A DNA stretch of 64,000 nt from Minisyncoccota bacterium (GCA_041662525.1 JBAZSF010000004.1:1190-65189), one strand, 5' to 3'. Positions 9,876 to 19,817 are shown, counted from the stretch's first letter. The notes: a model not told the origin generated them from the sequence alone. Program-made: numbers and translations.

Positions 9876-11708
9876 ATGGATTTAAAACACATTAGAAATT
9901 TTAGTATTATCGCTCACATTGACCATGGTAAAAGTACTTTGGCAGACAGAATGCTTGAAATTACACATACTATAGAAACACGCAAAATGCGGGATCAAGT
10001 ATTGGATTCTATGGACCTGGAGCGTGAAAGAGGAATTACTATCAAAATGCAACCAGTTCGAATGGAGTATGTTTTCGAAGGCGAAAATTATATTTTAAAT
10101 CTTATTGATACCCCTGGGCATATAGATTTTTCTTATGAAGTGTCTAGAGCTCTGAAGGCAGTAGAGGGGTCTATTTTACTTGTTGATTCAACTCAAGGAG
10201 TGCAAGCACAAACGCTTACTACTCTTGCTATGGCTCGCGATAGTGGACTCAAGATTATTCCTGTACTTTCTAAAATTGATTCTCCATTATCTAGGGTTGA
10301 TGAGGTTAAAGAGGAAGTGGTGGAACTTTTGAATTGTGATCCAGATGAAATTTTATTAGTTTCTGGGCGTACAGGAGAAGGAGTACCCGAGCTTTTAAAA
10401 GAAGTCATAAAACGAATTTCAGAACCAAAAGAAACTATTTCGGACGTTGGACGTCCGGATTTCCGAGGTCCAACGTCCGAAATATTACGCGCATTAGTTT
10501 TTGATTTTAAATATTCAAATCATAGAGGGGTGATAGTTTTTGTGCGAGTTTTTGATGGAAAAGTTGCTAAGGGTGATAGTTTAAATTTTGCAGTTTCTGG
10601 TGAGAAATTTACCGCTCTCGAAGTTGGGACTTTTTCTCCAGAAGAAACTCCTCGAGATTTTCTTTATCCCGGAGATACGGGTTATATTGTTACTGGTATA
10701 AAGAAACCCGGCATAGCATCTGTCGGAGATACTATTACGATGTCTAAAAATCCATTGGAAGCTTTTGAGGGCTATATGCAACCATTGCCTGTAGTGTGGG
10801 CGAGCGTATTTCCAGAAGACGCAGATGATTTTGCCGAATTAAAACTTGCCTTAGGAAAATTAAAACTATCTGATTCAGCCTTTTCACATGAAGAAGAATC
10901 CTCTGGGTCTTTAGGTAGAGGATTTAGGTGTGGATTTTTAGGAATGCTTCATTTGGAAATTATTACCGAGAGACTAAAAAGAGAATTTAATTTAGAACTT
11001 GTCGTTACTACTCCATCTATAACTTATGAAGTAACAAACAAACATGGTAAAAAAGAAAAAATTTATTCCCCATATTTTTTTCCAGATGATGGAAATATAG
11101 AAGATGTGCATGAGCCTTGGGTGGATGCAAAAATAATTAGCCCGTCTTTTTACCTAGGAGCTATTATGCAACTTCTTTTTGACCATGAGGCAGAAGTAGG
11201 AGAGACGGATAATTTTGGGGACAATAGATCATCAATTAGTGTCAAAATGCCTTTGCGTGAATTGATGCGAAATTTCTTTGATGAATTAAAAAGTGTTTCT
11301 TCAGGTTATGCTTCCATTTCTTATAAATTAAATGAAAATCGTGAAGCGAGTGTGACTAGATTAGACATTTTGGTGGCGGATGAAATAGTGCCAGCTTTTT
11401 CTAGAGTTGTTTCTAAAAAGAGAGCAGAAGTTGAAGCAGAAAATGCAGTTTTAAAATTAGAAGGTTTGCTTCCTAGACAGATGTTTACTTTGAAAATTCA
11501 AGGTCGCGCTTTTGGGCGCATTATTTCTTCTCGTACTCTTTCAGGTATGAAAAAAGATGTGACTCAACATATGTATGGAGGAGATATTACTCGAAAAATG
11601 AAACTTCGAGAGAAACAAAAGAAAGGCAAAAAGAAAATGAAAGAGCGCGGACGCGTTAATATTCCACAAGATGTATTCCTAAAAATGATGCGATCAGGGG
11701 AAAAGTAG
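9876..11708 (+). CDS. lepA: Elongation factor 4
   Basis: IRNFSIIAHIDHGKSTLADR, GFRCGFLGMLHLEI and YGGDITRKMKL motifs. Confidence 0.97.
   Translation: MDLKHIRNFSIIAHIDHGKSTLADRMLEITHTIETRKMRDQVLDSMDLERERGITIKMQPVRMEYVFEGENYILNLIDTPGHIDFSYEVSRALKAVEGSILLVDSTQGVQAQTLTTLAMARDSGLKIIPVLSKIDSPLSRVDEVKEEVVELLNCDPDEILLVSGRTGEGVPELLKEVIKRISEPKETISDVGRPDFRGPTSEILRALVFDFKYSNHRGVIVFVRVFDGKVAKGDSLNFAVSGEKFTALEVGTFSPEETPRDFLYPGDTGYIVTGIKKPGIASVGDTITMSKNPLEAFEGYMQPLPVVWASVFPEDADDFAELKLALGKLKLSDSAFSHEEESSGSLGRGFRCGFLGMLHLEIITERLKREFNLELVVTTPSITYEVTNKHGKKEKIYSPYFFPDDGNIEDVHEPWVDAKIISPSFYLGAIMQLLFDHEAEVGETDNFGDNRSSISVKMPLRELMRNFFDELKSVSSGYASISYKLNENREASVTRLDILVADEIVPAFSRVVSKKRAEVEAENAVLKLEGLLPRQMFTLKIQGRAFGRIISSRTLSGMKKDVTQHMYGGDITRKMKLREKQKKGKKKMKERGRVNIPQDVFLKMMRSGEK
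10436..10484. repeat. Palindromic element in-frame in lepA
   Basis: 17-bp perfect inverted repeat TATTTCGGACGTTGGAC/GTCCAACGTCCGAAATA; encodes ISDVGRPDFRGPTSEI. Confidence 0.85.
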
Positions 11709-11712
11709 AGAT

Positions 11713-11860
11713 TAAAAAAATCTAAAATAAACTTTTTCCGGTACGGATTTTTCGAAGCTTGAAAAATCTCTTCGAGCCTGAGGCCCTCAGAGCCGAAGGC
11801 CTGAAATTCTCGGCTCGACAGCCTCGAAACCCCTCCAAAAGCTTATTTTAGATTTTTTTA
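11713..11860. repeat. Structured palindromic element (MITE/REP-like), copy A
   Basis: About 24-bp AT-rich terminal inverted repeat around the core CGGTACGGATTTTTCGAAGCTTGAAAAATCT...TTCTCGGCTCGACAGCCTCGAAACCCCT, shared with 48963..49077. Confidence 0.85.
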
Positions 11861-11965
11861 TCTAAAAATCGGTGAGTAAAGCAATATCATACTGATAATA
11901 ATCAATATGCTAACGATAGCCCAAGCAATTTGTATCTTCTTTTGATGTTTTTTGTTGAAAAGCAT
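11858..11965 (-). CDS. Small membrane protein, 35 aa (not in ORF track)
   Basis: MLFNKKHQKKIQIAWAIVSILIIISMILLYSPIFR; TGaTATACT 6 nt before the ATG. Confidence 0.6.
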   Translation of the reverse strand: MLFNKKHQKKIQIAWAIVSILIIISMILLYSPIFR

Positions 11966-11984
11966 ATACTAAGTATATCATATT

Positions 11985-12012
11985 ATGACCCGTTCGACAA
12001 ACTCAGGGTCAT
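11985..12012. repeat. REP-like hairpin (CCC..TTCG..CTCAGGG family)
   Basis: ATGACCC-GTTCGACAAACTCA-GGGTCAT; same family as 15274..15293. Confidence 0.7.
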
Positions 12013-12030
12013 GGTGAATAAAATTGAACC

Positions 12031-12405
12031 ATGAGAAATTTTCAAGAAAAAAGAGGTTGGAGAAATATAGTTCAATCAAAACCATTTTTAATATTTTTTG
12101 GCATTGTAATATTGTTTTTTTCTTGGAATGTTTTTACTTTCTGGAATAAAATGCAAGAGACGGTAAAAAATAAAAAAATAGTCGAAGATAAAGTTGCTTT
12201 ATTGAAACAACAAAAAGAAAATATTTCTTCTGAAATAAATAGTTTAAATACAGTAGAAGGTAAGGAAAAATTTTTTAGAGAAAATTTGGGCTTAGCAAAA
12301 GAGGGGGAAGATATGACCATAATAGTAGAAGAAAAAAAATTACCCGAAGTTTCCAAACCAGCATCTTCAGGATTTTGGTCTTTTTTTATTAATTTGTTTA
12401 AATAA
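12031..12405 (+). CDS. Septum formation initiator (FtsB/DivIC-like)
   Basis: Single TM, coiled coil and EKFFRENLGLAKEGE motif. Confidence 0.75.
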   Translation: MRNFQEKRGWRNIVQSKPFLIFFGIVILFFSWNVFTFWNKMQETVKNKKIVEDKVALLKQQKENISSEINSLNTVEGKEKFFRENLGLAKEGEDMTIIVEEKKLPEVSKPASSGFWSFFINLFK

Positions 12406-12426
12406 TATTTATGATACAATAAAACT

Positions 12427-13434
12427 ATGAAAATTATATTTTTTGAGGTACCAAAAGTAGAACAAGCCTCTTTTCCACAATCCATAAATGGAACCGAAGT
12501 TTCTTTTTTTGAGGAAAAATTAAATGAAAATAGTGTTGAAAAAGCAAAAGATGCGGATGTGGTCAGTATTTTTGTTACTTCAACAATAAATAAAAATGTT
12601 ATAGATGCAATACCAAATTTAAAGTTTATCGCTACGCGTTCTACAGGTTTTGATCACATTGATTGTGTTTATGCCTCCACTAAAGGTATAAAAGTTTCGA
12701 ATGTACCTGCTTATGGTTCTCATACCGTAGCTGAGTTTGCCTTTACTTTAATGTTAAGTCTTTCGAGAAATATAATAAAAGCAAATAATTATCTGACAGA
12801 TTCCTTAGATTTTCATTATTTTTCGAATATGGAAGGTTTTGATTTAAACAATAAAACGCTTGGTGTCGTGGGTACAGGAAAAATTGGGAAAAATGTCGTA
12901 AAAATTGCCCAAGGTTTTAATATGAATGTCATTGCTTATGATTTATATCCAGACTTAGTTTTTGCAAAAGAAAATAATTTTACATATAAAAGTTTAGCAG
13001 AAGTTGTGTCTCTGGCTGATATTGTAACTCTCCATACTCCTTATAATAAAGATGATGGTTATTTAATAAATAAAGAAAATATTTCTTTAATGAAAAAAGG
13101 AACTTATTTGATAAATACAGCTAGAGGGGAGCTTGTAGATACTGAGGCACTCGTCTCCGGTTTAAAAGAGGGAATTATCGCTGGTTTTGGAGCAGATGTA
13201 TTAGAAGGTGAGAAACCATTAAAAGAGGGGGCTAGTTTTTTGACTAGTGGTAAAGCAACAGAGGAAGAAAAAAAGATAATAAACTTGAATCTTGAACTTA
13301 TAAAAATGCCTAATGTTATCATAACTCCCCATATTGCTTTTTATACTCGTGAAGCAGTTGCTTCAATATTGAAAACGACGGTTGATAATATTCAAGGTTT
13401 TTTGGCGGGGAGTCCGATAAATTTAATAAAATAA
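12427..13434 (+). CDS. D-isomer-specific 2-hydroxyacid dehydrogenase (D-lactate/glycerate DH-like)
   Basis: ATRSTGFDHID, NVPAYG, GTGKIG, INTARGELVD and TPHIAF motifs. Confidence 0.92.
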   Translation: MKIIFFEVPKVEQASFPQSINGTEVSFFEEKLNENSVEKAKDADVVSIFVTSTINKNVIDAIPNLKFIATRSTGFDHIDCVYASTKGIKVSNVPAYGSHTVAEFAFTLMLSLSRNIIKANNYLTDSLDFHYFSNMEGFDLNNKTLGVVGTGKIGKNVVKIAQGFNMNVIAYDLYPDLVFAKENNFTYKSLAEVVSLADIVTLHTPYNKDDGYLINKENISLMKKGTYLINTARGELVDTEALVSGLKEGIIAGFGADVLEGEKPLKEGASFLTSGKATEEEKKIINLNLELIKMPNVIITPHIAFYTREAVASILKTTVDNIQGFLAGSPINLIK

Positions 13435-13438
13435 TATT

Positions 13439-14788
13439 ATGACCAAGCATTGGATCAAAAATTTTGATCAGTTGGCTACGACTGAAAATAGGAAAAATGC
13501 GTTAAAAATAGTAGAAGCTGGTTTTGATGCTATAAATACAGAGGAAGTAATAAAAAACAAGATAAAACTTGAAGATAATATTTTATTTATTAATAACGAA
13601 AGTTTCGATTTAAATAAATTCAAAAACATAAAAGTTGTTGGTTTTGGTAAAGATTCCATGGATGGCGCCTTAGCAATTGAGAAAATTTTAGGTTCTAAGA
13701 TAAAGGAAGGTGCTGTCATCGGAATTACTAAAGTAGATTGCACACACATTGAAACTTTTACAGGTACACATCCTAGGCCAAGCGAGGTAAATGTTACTGC
13801 AGGAAAAAAGATATATGAAATGATTAAAGATTCTAATACTGATGATTTGATTATTGTTCTTGTTTCTGGTGGAGGATCATCTCTTTTGTGTTACCCTGAG
13901 AGTGAAAATACAGAAGGTTCAAAACTCTATGATGCATTTTTGGGATCTGGTAAAACAATCATTGAGATGAATACTATTAGAAAACATTTGTCTCTCTTGA
14001 AAGGGGGTGGTTTAGCAAAGTTAGCTTACCCAGCTACCGTTATCGGTCTTATTTTTTCTGATGTTCCCGGAAATGATTTTGAGGATGTTGCCTCTGGGGC
14101 AACTTATAAGGATGAAACCACTATAGATGATGCGAAAAAAATTATTACCGAGAATAATTTAGGAGAATTTGATTTGATTGAAACTCCCAAAGAAGATAAA
14201 TATTTTGAAAAAGTTCATAATTTTGTTTTAGTTTCAAACAAAACTGCAGTGGAAGCAATGGCGAAAAAAGCGGAAGAATTTAATTTAGAAACTAATATTG
14301 TTTCAACTGAATTATATGATGAAATAAAAGAAGCGCTTAAAAAAATATTTTCCAGCAACAAAACCAATGAAGGATTTTCTCAGGTCCTCGGTTCTCCGGG
14401 TCCCTATCCCGGCCAGACCATTCAAAAACCCTTCATTGGTTTTGTTAAACTTGCAGCTGGTGAGCCAAGTATTGAAGTCACCAAAGAAGGAAGCAAGGGG
14501 GGTAGGAATTTACATATGGGATTAGAAGCTATAAAAATGAAATTAGTGGATGATGATTCTGTTTTTATAGCTTTTGCTTCAGATGGTATGGACAATAGCG
14601 ATGTGGCTGGAGCGATAATAGATAAAGATACTTTAGATAAAGTCGAAAAACTTGGTTTGGATGTTGATGATTATATAGAAAGATTTGATTCTTATGATTT
14701 TTTTCAAAAAACTGGGGATGTGATTATTACTGGACCTACTGGCGCGAATGTTTCTGATTTGATGATTCTTTTAACTAAGAAAAATTAA
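13439..14788 (+). CDS. Glycerate 2-kinase (class II, DUF4147/MOFRL)
   Basis: GFGK, THPRP, LVSGGGSSL, RKHLSLLKGGGLA, SDVPG, GGRN, SDGMD and TGPTGANVSD motifs. Confidence 0.9.
   Translation: MTKHWIKNFDQLATTENRKNALKIVEAGFDAINTEEVIKNKIKLEDNILFINNESFDLNKFKNIKVVGFGKDSMDGALAIEKILGSKIKEGAVIGITKVDCTHIETFTGTHPRPSEVNVTAGKKIYEMIKDSNTDDLIIVLVSGGGSSLLCYPESENTEGSKLYDAFLGSGKTIIEMNTIRKHLSLLKGGGLAKLAYPATVIGLIFSDVPGNDFEDVASGATYKDETTIDDAKKIITENNLGEFDLIETPKEDKYFEKVHNFVLVSNKTAVEAMAKKAEEFNLETNIVSTELYDEIKEALKKIFSSNKTNEGFSQVLGSPGPYPGQTIQKPFIGFVKLAAGEPSIEVTKEGSKGGRNLHMGLEAIKMKLVDDDSVFIAFASDGMDNSDVAGAIIDKDTLDKVEKLGLDVDDYIERFDSYDFFQKTGDVIITGPTGANVSDLMILLTKKN
14357..14446. repeat. Palindromic element in-frame in glycerate kinase (90 nt)
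   Basis: 17-bp perfect inverted repeat AACAAAACCAATGAAGG/CCTTCATTGGTTTTGTT with inner GGTC/GACC and CCGGG/CCCGG stems. Confidence 0.85.
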
Positions 14789-14796
14789 AAAAATGA

Positions 14797-14866
14797 ATCC
14801 CGTTAGAAATTCAATAATGGGAAGTATGATTGATAAAATATTATAAATTAAAATTTCTAACGGGAT
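14797..14866. repeat. Inverted repeat overlapping the eno start codon
   Basis: 15-bp perfect inverted repeat ATCCCGTTAGAAATT/AATTTCTAACGGGAT with a 40-nt AT-rich loop. Confidence 0.75.
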
Positions 14867-16100
14867 GAATAAAATTACAAAAATATTAGCAGAAGAAATA
14901 AATGATTCACGGGGGAATCCTACTATTAAGGTGACTGTATGGTGTGGAGAGGATTATGGAAATTTTTCTGTTCCTTCCGGGGCATCTACGGGGGCTCATG
15001 AAGCTCATGAATTGCGGGATGCTGACGGCAAAGGGGTAAAAAATGATCTAGAAAAAGTAAATAAAATTATTGCTCCAGTTTTAATAGGACAAGATATTTT
15101 AAATCAAAAAGAAATAGATAGAATAATGATTGAGTTAGACGGCACTTCTAATAAAGATAATTTAGGCGGTAATTCTATGATCGGTGTTAGTATCGCTTGT
15201 GCAAAAGTAGGGGCAAAAGTTTCTGGCTTAGAAACTTTTGCCTATTTACGAACCCTGGCTGAAATAAAACCATCCCTTCGGTTAGACTCAGGGCAAGCAA
15301 AAAAAGTTCCTTATTTATATATGAATTTAATAAATGGAGGCAAACACGCAAAAAATAATTTGGCTTTTCAGGAATATCATATTGTGCCTGATACGGAAAA
15401 CATAGAAGAAGCTGTGAAAATAGGAATATCTATACAAAATACTTTAAAAGAAATAATCTTGAAAGATTTGCGTGAAGATTCTGTGGTATTGGGAGATGAA
15501 GGAGGATTTGCTCCAAAAATAAGTGATATAAAGCAACCACTTTTTTATCTTCGAGCTGCGATAAAGCAAAATGACTTAGAAGACAAAGTGAGACTTGCTC
15601 TAGATGTAGCTAGTTCTTCGTTTTATAAAAATGGAATATATAAAATTGATGGTAAAGATGTTTCTAAAGAAGAACTATTAGATATTTACGGTTCTCTTAT
15701 TAAAGAATTTAATTTACTTTCGATTGAAGACCCTTTTTATGAAGAAGATTTTGAAAGCTTTAAAAAGTTAAAAGAAAATAATAAAACCATAGTCGTTGGA
15801 GATGATTTGACCGTTACCAATAAAAATCTTTTACAAAAAGCCATAGAAAAGGGGTGCATAAATGCAATGATTATTAAGCCGAACCAAATCGGTACCCTGA
15901 CAGAGACATTGGAAACGATGAAATTAGCCAGAGAAAATAATATTGAGTTGATTGTCAGCCACAGGAGCGGGGAAACAGATGATGATTTTATTGCTGATTT
16001 AGCTTTTGCATTTCATTGTTTTGGTTTAAAAGCTGGTGCTCCCACAAAGCCAGAAAGAATGGTAAAATATGATAGGTTAATAAAGATTATAAATTATTAG
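14865..16100 (+). CDS. eno: Enolase
   Basis: DSRGNPT, VPSGASTG, NGGKHA, GDEGGFAP, VGDDLTVTN, KPNQIGT and SHRSGET motifs. Confidence 0.97.
   Translation: MNKITKILAEEINDSRGNPTIKVTVWCGEDYGNFSVPSGASTGAHEAHELRDADGKGVKNDLEKVNKIIAPVLIGQDILNQKEIDRIMIELDGTSNKDNLGGNSMIGVSIACAKVGAKVSGLETFAYLRTLAEIKPSLRLDSGQAKKVPYLYMNLINGGKHAKNNLAFQEYHIVPDTENIEEAVKIGISIQNTLKEIILKDLREDSVVLGDEGGFAPKISDIKQPLFYLRAAIKQNDLEDKVRLALDVASSSFYKNGIYKIDGKDVSKEELLDIYGSLIKEFNLLSIEDPFYEEDFESFKKLKENNKTIVVGDDLTVTNKNLLQKAIEKGCINAMIIKPNQIGTLTETLETMKLARENNIELIVSHRSGETDDDFIADLAFAFHCFGLKAGAPTKPERMVKYDRLIKIINY
15274..15293. repeat. REP-like hairpin in-frame in eno
   Basis: CCCTTCGGTTAGACTCAGGG, encoding part of SLRLDSGQA; matches the intergenic copy at 11985. 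Confidence 0.65.
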
Positions 16101-16119
16101 TAATAAGCAAGAATTATTT

Positions 16120-18540
16120 ATGGAAGAAGGGAAAAAAGGAGTTTTTGTAAAGTGGTTCAATGAAGTGAATATCGATGATGTGGGAATTGTGGGAGGGAAG
16201 AATGCAGCTTTGGGAGAAATGTTTTCTAATCTTGTACCACTTGGTATAAATATACCAGATGGTTTTGCTCTTACAGCAGACGCATATAGACATTTTTTTA
16301 AAGATACAGGTTTAGATGAAAAAATAAAAGAAATCCTTGCTGATTTAGATACTAAAGATCTTCGCAATCTTCAAAAAAGAGGAGAAAAGGTCCGCAATGC
16401 TATTTTAAAAGCTAAATTACCACAAGATCTAAATGATGTAATTAAAGAATATTATATAAAGTTGGGGGAAAAATACGGCAAAGATCCGGACGTAGCTGTA
16501 CGTTCTTCGGCTACAGCCGAAGATCTTCCGGGGGCTTCTTTTGCTGGTCAACAAGAAACTTATTTAAATATTCAGGGCATCGACAATGTTTTGGAAGCAA
16601 CAAAAAAATGTATTGCTTCTCTCTTCACAGATAGAGCTATCTCTTATCGAGCTGATAAAGGATTTTCACATTTTGATGTAGCACTTTCTGTAGGTGTTCA
16701 ATGCATGATACGTTCAGATCTTTCTTCCTCAGGTGTGGCTTTTACCATAGACACTGAAACAGGTTTTGATAAAGTCGTGGTGGTTACTAGTATTTATGGT
16801 TTAGGAGAATTTATCGTCCAAGGCAAAGTTATCCCAGATGAATATATAATTTTCAAACCTGCTCTCGATAATGGAAATAAGTATCCTATAATTTCAAAAA
16901 ATATTGGTAAGAAAAATATAAAACTCGTGTATGCCAGAAATGGAACTAAAGAAGAAAAAGTATCAGCAGAGGAGCAACAAAAATTTTCTCTTTCAGATAC
17001 CGAAGTGATAAAGCTCGCAACATGGTGTTATGAGATAGAAAAATATTTCTCGAAAAGACATGGGCATTATCAACCTATGGATATCGAATGGGCAAAGGAC
17101 GGAAAAACAGGAGAGCTTTATATAGTGCAGGCTCGTCCTGAGACTGTTGCTTCAGCCAATGATAGAAACATTTTGAAAGAATATAAACTTGAAAAAACTA
17201 GTAATGTTCGATTAAAAGGTATTGCTGTGGGCTCTAAGATCGGCGCAGGAAAGGTGCGGGTGTTAGATAACGCAAAAGATATTAATGCATTTAAAGAAGG
17301 AGAAGTTTTGGTTACGGAAATTACTGACCCAGATTGGGAACCTATCATGAAGATAGCGAGCGCTATTGTGACGGATAAGGGAGGGCGTACATCACATGCA
17401 GCCATAGTGTCGAGAGAGCTCGGTATTCCTTGCATCGTGGGTTCTAATAATGCTACTAGTTTATTAAAAACAGGGGAAGAAGTGACCGTGGATTGTTCTT
17501 CTGGAAATGTTGGTAATGTCTATGAAGGAATTTTACCATTTAAAATAAATGAACATCACTTAGACAAAATACCTCAAATACAAACAAAGATCATGGTGAA
17601 TATCGGTTCTCCAGATGAAGCTTTTAAGAATTACAATCTTCCAGCGGAGGGTGTGGGCCTCGGAAGACTAGAATTCATAATCGCTTCACATATTGGTGTA
17701 CATCCAAATGTTTTGATTGATTATGATAAATTACAGCAAGAAAAGAAAACTCCTGAAATACAAAAAGTATTAAACAAGATCGATGAGCTTACACCTTTAT
17801 ATAAAGATAAGAAACAATATTATGTAGACAATCTTGCTTTAGGTATCGCAAAGATTGGTGCAACATTTTATCCAAACAAAGTCATTATTCGTTTTTCTGA
17901 TTTCAAGACAAACGAGTACCGCACTTTACTAGGAGGAGAAATGTATGAACCTCATGAAGAGAATCCAATGTTGGGTTGGCGTGGAGCTTCAAGGTATTAC
18001 GATATAAAATTTAAAGAAGCTTTCAGTCTTGAATGTATTGCTATGAAACGTGTAAGAGAAGACATGGGTCTTACAAATGTTCTCCCTATGATTCCATTTT
18101 GTAGAACTCCAGAAGAGGGGAAACAAGTCATCGAAGTGATGAAAGAAAATGGTTTAGACCGCGAAAAAGATGAAACACTCAAAATTTATGTAATGTGTGA
18201 AATCCCTTCGAATATTCTTTTGGCTGATGAATTTCTTGATATTTTTGACGGTATGTCAATTGGATCTAATGATTTGACTCAGCTTACTCTAGGGCTCGAT
18301 CGAGATTCTGGCATAGTCACTCATATTGCAAATGAAAACAACCCTGCAGTAAAAAAACTGGTGGCTCAAATCATTCATAAATGTAAAGAAAAAGGGAAGT
18401 ATATAGGCATCTGTGGCCAAGCCCCATCCGACTATCCAGAGTTTGCTAAATTCCTAGTAGATGAAGGTATAGAAAGTATGTCGCTTAACCCTGATACAGT
18501 AATTAAAATAATCATGGCACTTGGGGAAAAAAATACATAG
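16120..18540 (+). CDS. ppsA: Phosphoenolpyruvate synthase
   Basis: VGGKNA, VAVRSSATAEDLPGASFAGQQETYL, GGRTSHAAIVSRE and GICGQAPSD motifs. Confidence 0.97.
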   Translation: MEEGKKGVFVKWFNEVNIDDVGIVGGKNAALGEMFSNLVPLGINIPDGFALTADAYRHFFKDTGLDEKIKEILADLDTKDLRNLQKRGEKVRNAILKAKLPQDLNDVIKEYYIKLGEKYGKDPDVAVRSSATAEDLPGASFAGQQETYLNIQGIDNVLEATKKCIASLFTDRAISYRADKGFSHFDVALSVGVQCMIRSDLSSSGVAFTIDTETGFDKVVVVTSIYGLGEFIVQGKVIPDEYIIFKPALDNGNKYPIISKNIGKKNIKLVYARNGTKEEKVSAEEQQKFSLSDTEVIKLATWCYEIEKYFSKRHGHYQPMDIEWAKDGKTGELYIVQARPETVASANDRNILKEYKLEKTSNVRLKGIAVGSKIGAGKVRVLDNAKDINAFKEGEVLVTEITDPDWEPIMKIASAIVTDKGGRTSHAAIVSRELGIPCIVGSNNATSLLKTGEEVTVDCSSGNVGNVYEGILPFKINEHHLDKIPQIQTKIMVNIGSPDEAFKNYNLPAEGVGLGRLEFIIASHIGVHPNVLIDYDKLQQEKKTPEIQKVLNKIDELTPLYKDKKQYYVDNLALGIAKIGATFYPNKVIIRFSDFKTNEYRTLLGGEMYEPHEENPMLGWRGASRYYDIKFKEAFSLECIAMKRVREDMGLTNVLPMIPFCRTPEEGKQVIEVMKENGLDREKDETLKIYVMCEIPSNILLADEFLDIFDGMSIGSNDLTQLTLGLDRDSGIVTHIANENNPAVKKLVAQIIHKCKEKGKYIGICGQAPSDYPEFAKFLVDEGIESMSLNPDTVIKIIMALGEKNT

Positions 18541-18559
18541 GAATTTCCTATGTATTGAG

Positions 18560-18630
18560 GCGGGATTGGTTTAGTGGTAGAATGAGTCCTTCCCAAGGAT
18601 TAGACGCGAGTTCGATTCTCGCATCCCGCA
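18560..18630 (+). tRNA. tRNA-Gly(CCC)
   Basis: GCGGGAT/ATCCCGC acceptor stem, anticodon loop TT-CCC-AA, GTTCGATTC T-arm. Confidence 0.92.
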
Positions 18631-18721
18631 CAGAAATATGATAAAATAATGTATTAATATTTAATTTAGAAAAGCGTCGCGTTTTTAATGGACACTACAC
18701 GACGTGATTCTGCAGAATCAT

Positions 18722-18955
18722 ATGCAAAAAGTAACAGTTTATTCAACAAATACGTGTCATTTTTGTCACTTGGCAAAAGATTTCTTTATTGAAAAGGGGA
18801 TAGTTTTCACGGAATATAATGTAGGAACTGATATAGAAAAAAGAAAAGAAATGATGGAAAAAAGCGGACAAATGGGTGTGCCTGTCATTATTATTGGCGA
18901 TGAAATTATTGTAGGTTTTGACAAGCAAAAAATAGTTCAACTCCTTGGACTTTAG
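18722..18955 (+). CDS. Glutaredoxin-like protein (NrdH/YruB type)
   Basis: VTVYST..CHFC, SGQMGVP and IVGFD motifs; ATG at 18722. Confidence 0.9.
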   Translation: MQKVTVYSTNTCHFCHLAKDFFIEKGIVFTEYNVGTDIEKRKEMMEKSGQMGVPVIIIGDEIIVGFDKQKIVQLLGL

Positions 18956-18983
18956 TCTATTTCTAATATATTATTGTTCTATT

Positions 18984-19055
18984 GCCCTCGTAGTTCAATG
19001 GATAGAACAGTTCCGTCCTAAGGAATAGATGCACGTTCGATTCGTACCGAGGGCA
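18984..19055 (+). tRNA. tRNA-Arg(CCT)
   Basis: GCCCTCG/CGAGGGC acceptor stem, anticodon loop GT-CCT-AA, GTTCGATTC T-arm. Confidence 0.92.
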
Positions 19056-19109
19056 CAAAAGGGTTCTTTTAGGAGTTGGTTTTTTAGAGAATTGTGTTAA
19101 AATATTAAC

Positions 19110-19817
19110 ATGATGGAAAAAACGTTTCAAAAACAAAAAGATGACCCTCTAGAACCAGAAAATACTTTAGAGGAAGTTAAGGTAGGAATGAGAGAGATGG
19201 TGGAAGAAACAAGAGCAAAAATAGAAAAACTTGAGACTGAAAATGAAGAGCTAAGAAATATTATCGAGAATTTAGATCATAGACTTCATATTGATTCCCT
19301 GACTGGTCTATTAAAAGATGTAGAGCCAAGATTGGGAAGATTAATCAAAAGACTAGAATTTTCCAAAGAATTAAAACCGGAACAATCTGCCTTACGTGCT
19401 ATTGTGATTGTTGCTATAGATTTAAATCGTTTTAAATTTTTAAATGATACTCATGGTCATGCTGCAGGAGATGAGGCATTAGTTCTTTTTGCTGAACGTC
19501 TTCAAGCAGTTTCAAGAGAGGGTAAGAATATTCTATTTAGACCCCATGGTGATGAGTTTGTTATGATACTTCCCATTGAAAATACAGAGGAAGCTATCAC
19601 CCCAGAAATTTATGAAACAATTTTTCAAAGACTTCAAAAAGAAGTGAATGATAATTTATTTGTTAAAGTTCCTGATGGAACTAATTTTCTGTTTTCCGCT
19701 TCAATGGGGTATGCAGTTTTGAAAAGGGGAGAGTCTAAAACTACTACAGAATTACTTCACGAGGCTGATTTGGAAATGTATAAAAATAAAGAAAAAAGAA
19801 AAGAAAAAAACGCATAA
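19110..19817 (+). CDS. GGDEF-domain protein with N-terminal coiled coil (variant HGDEF motif)
   Basis: DSLTGL, DLNRFKFLNDTHGHAAGDEAL, RPHGDEF, SASMG and ADLEMY motifs. Confidence 0.88.
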   Translation: MMEKTFQKQKDDPLEPENTLEEVKVGMREMVEETRAKIEKLETENEELRNIIENLDHRLHIDSLTGLLKDVEPRLGRLIKRLEFSKELKPEQSALRAIVIVAIDLNRFKFLNDTHGHAAGDEALVLFAERLQAVSREGKNILFRPHGDEFVMILPIENTEEAITPEIYETIFQRLQKEVNDNLFVKVPDGTNFLFSASMGYAVLKRGESKTTTELLHEADLEMYKNKEKRKEKNA

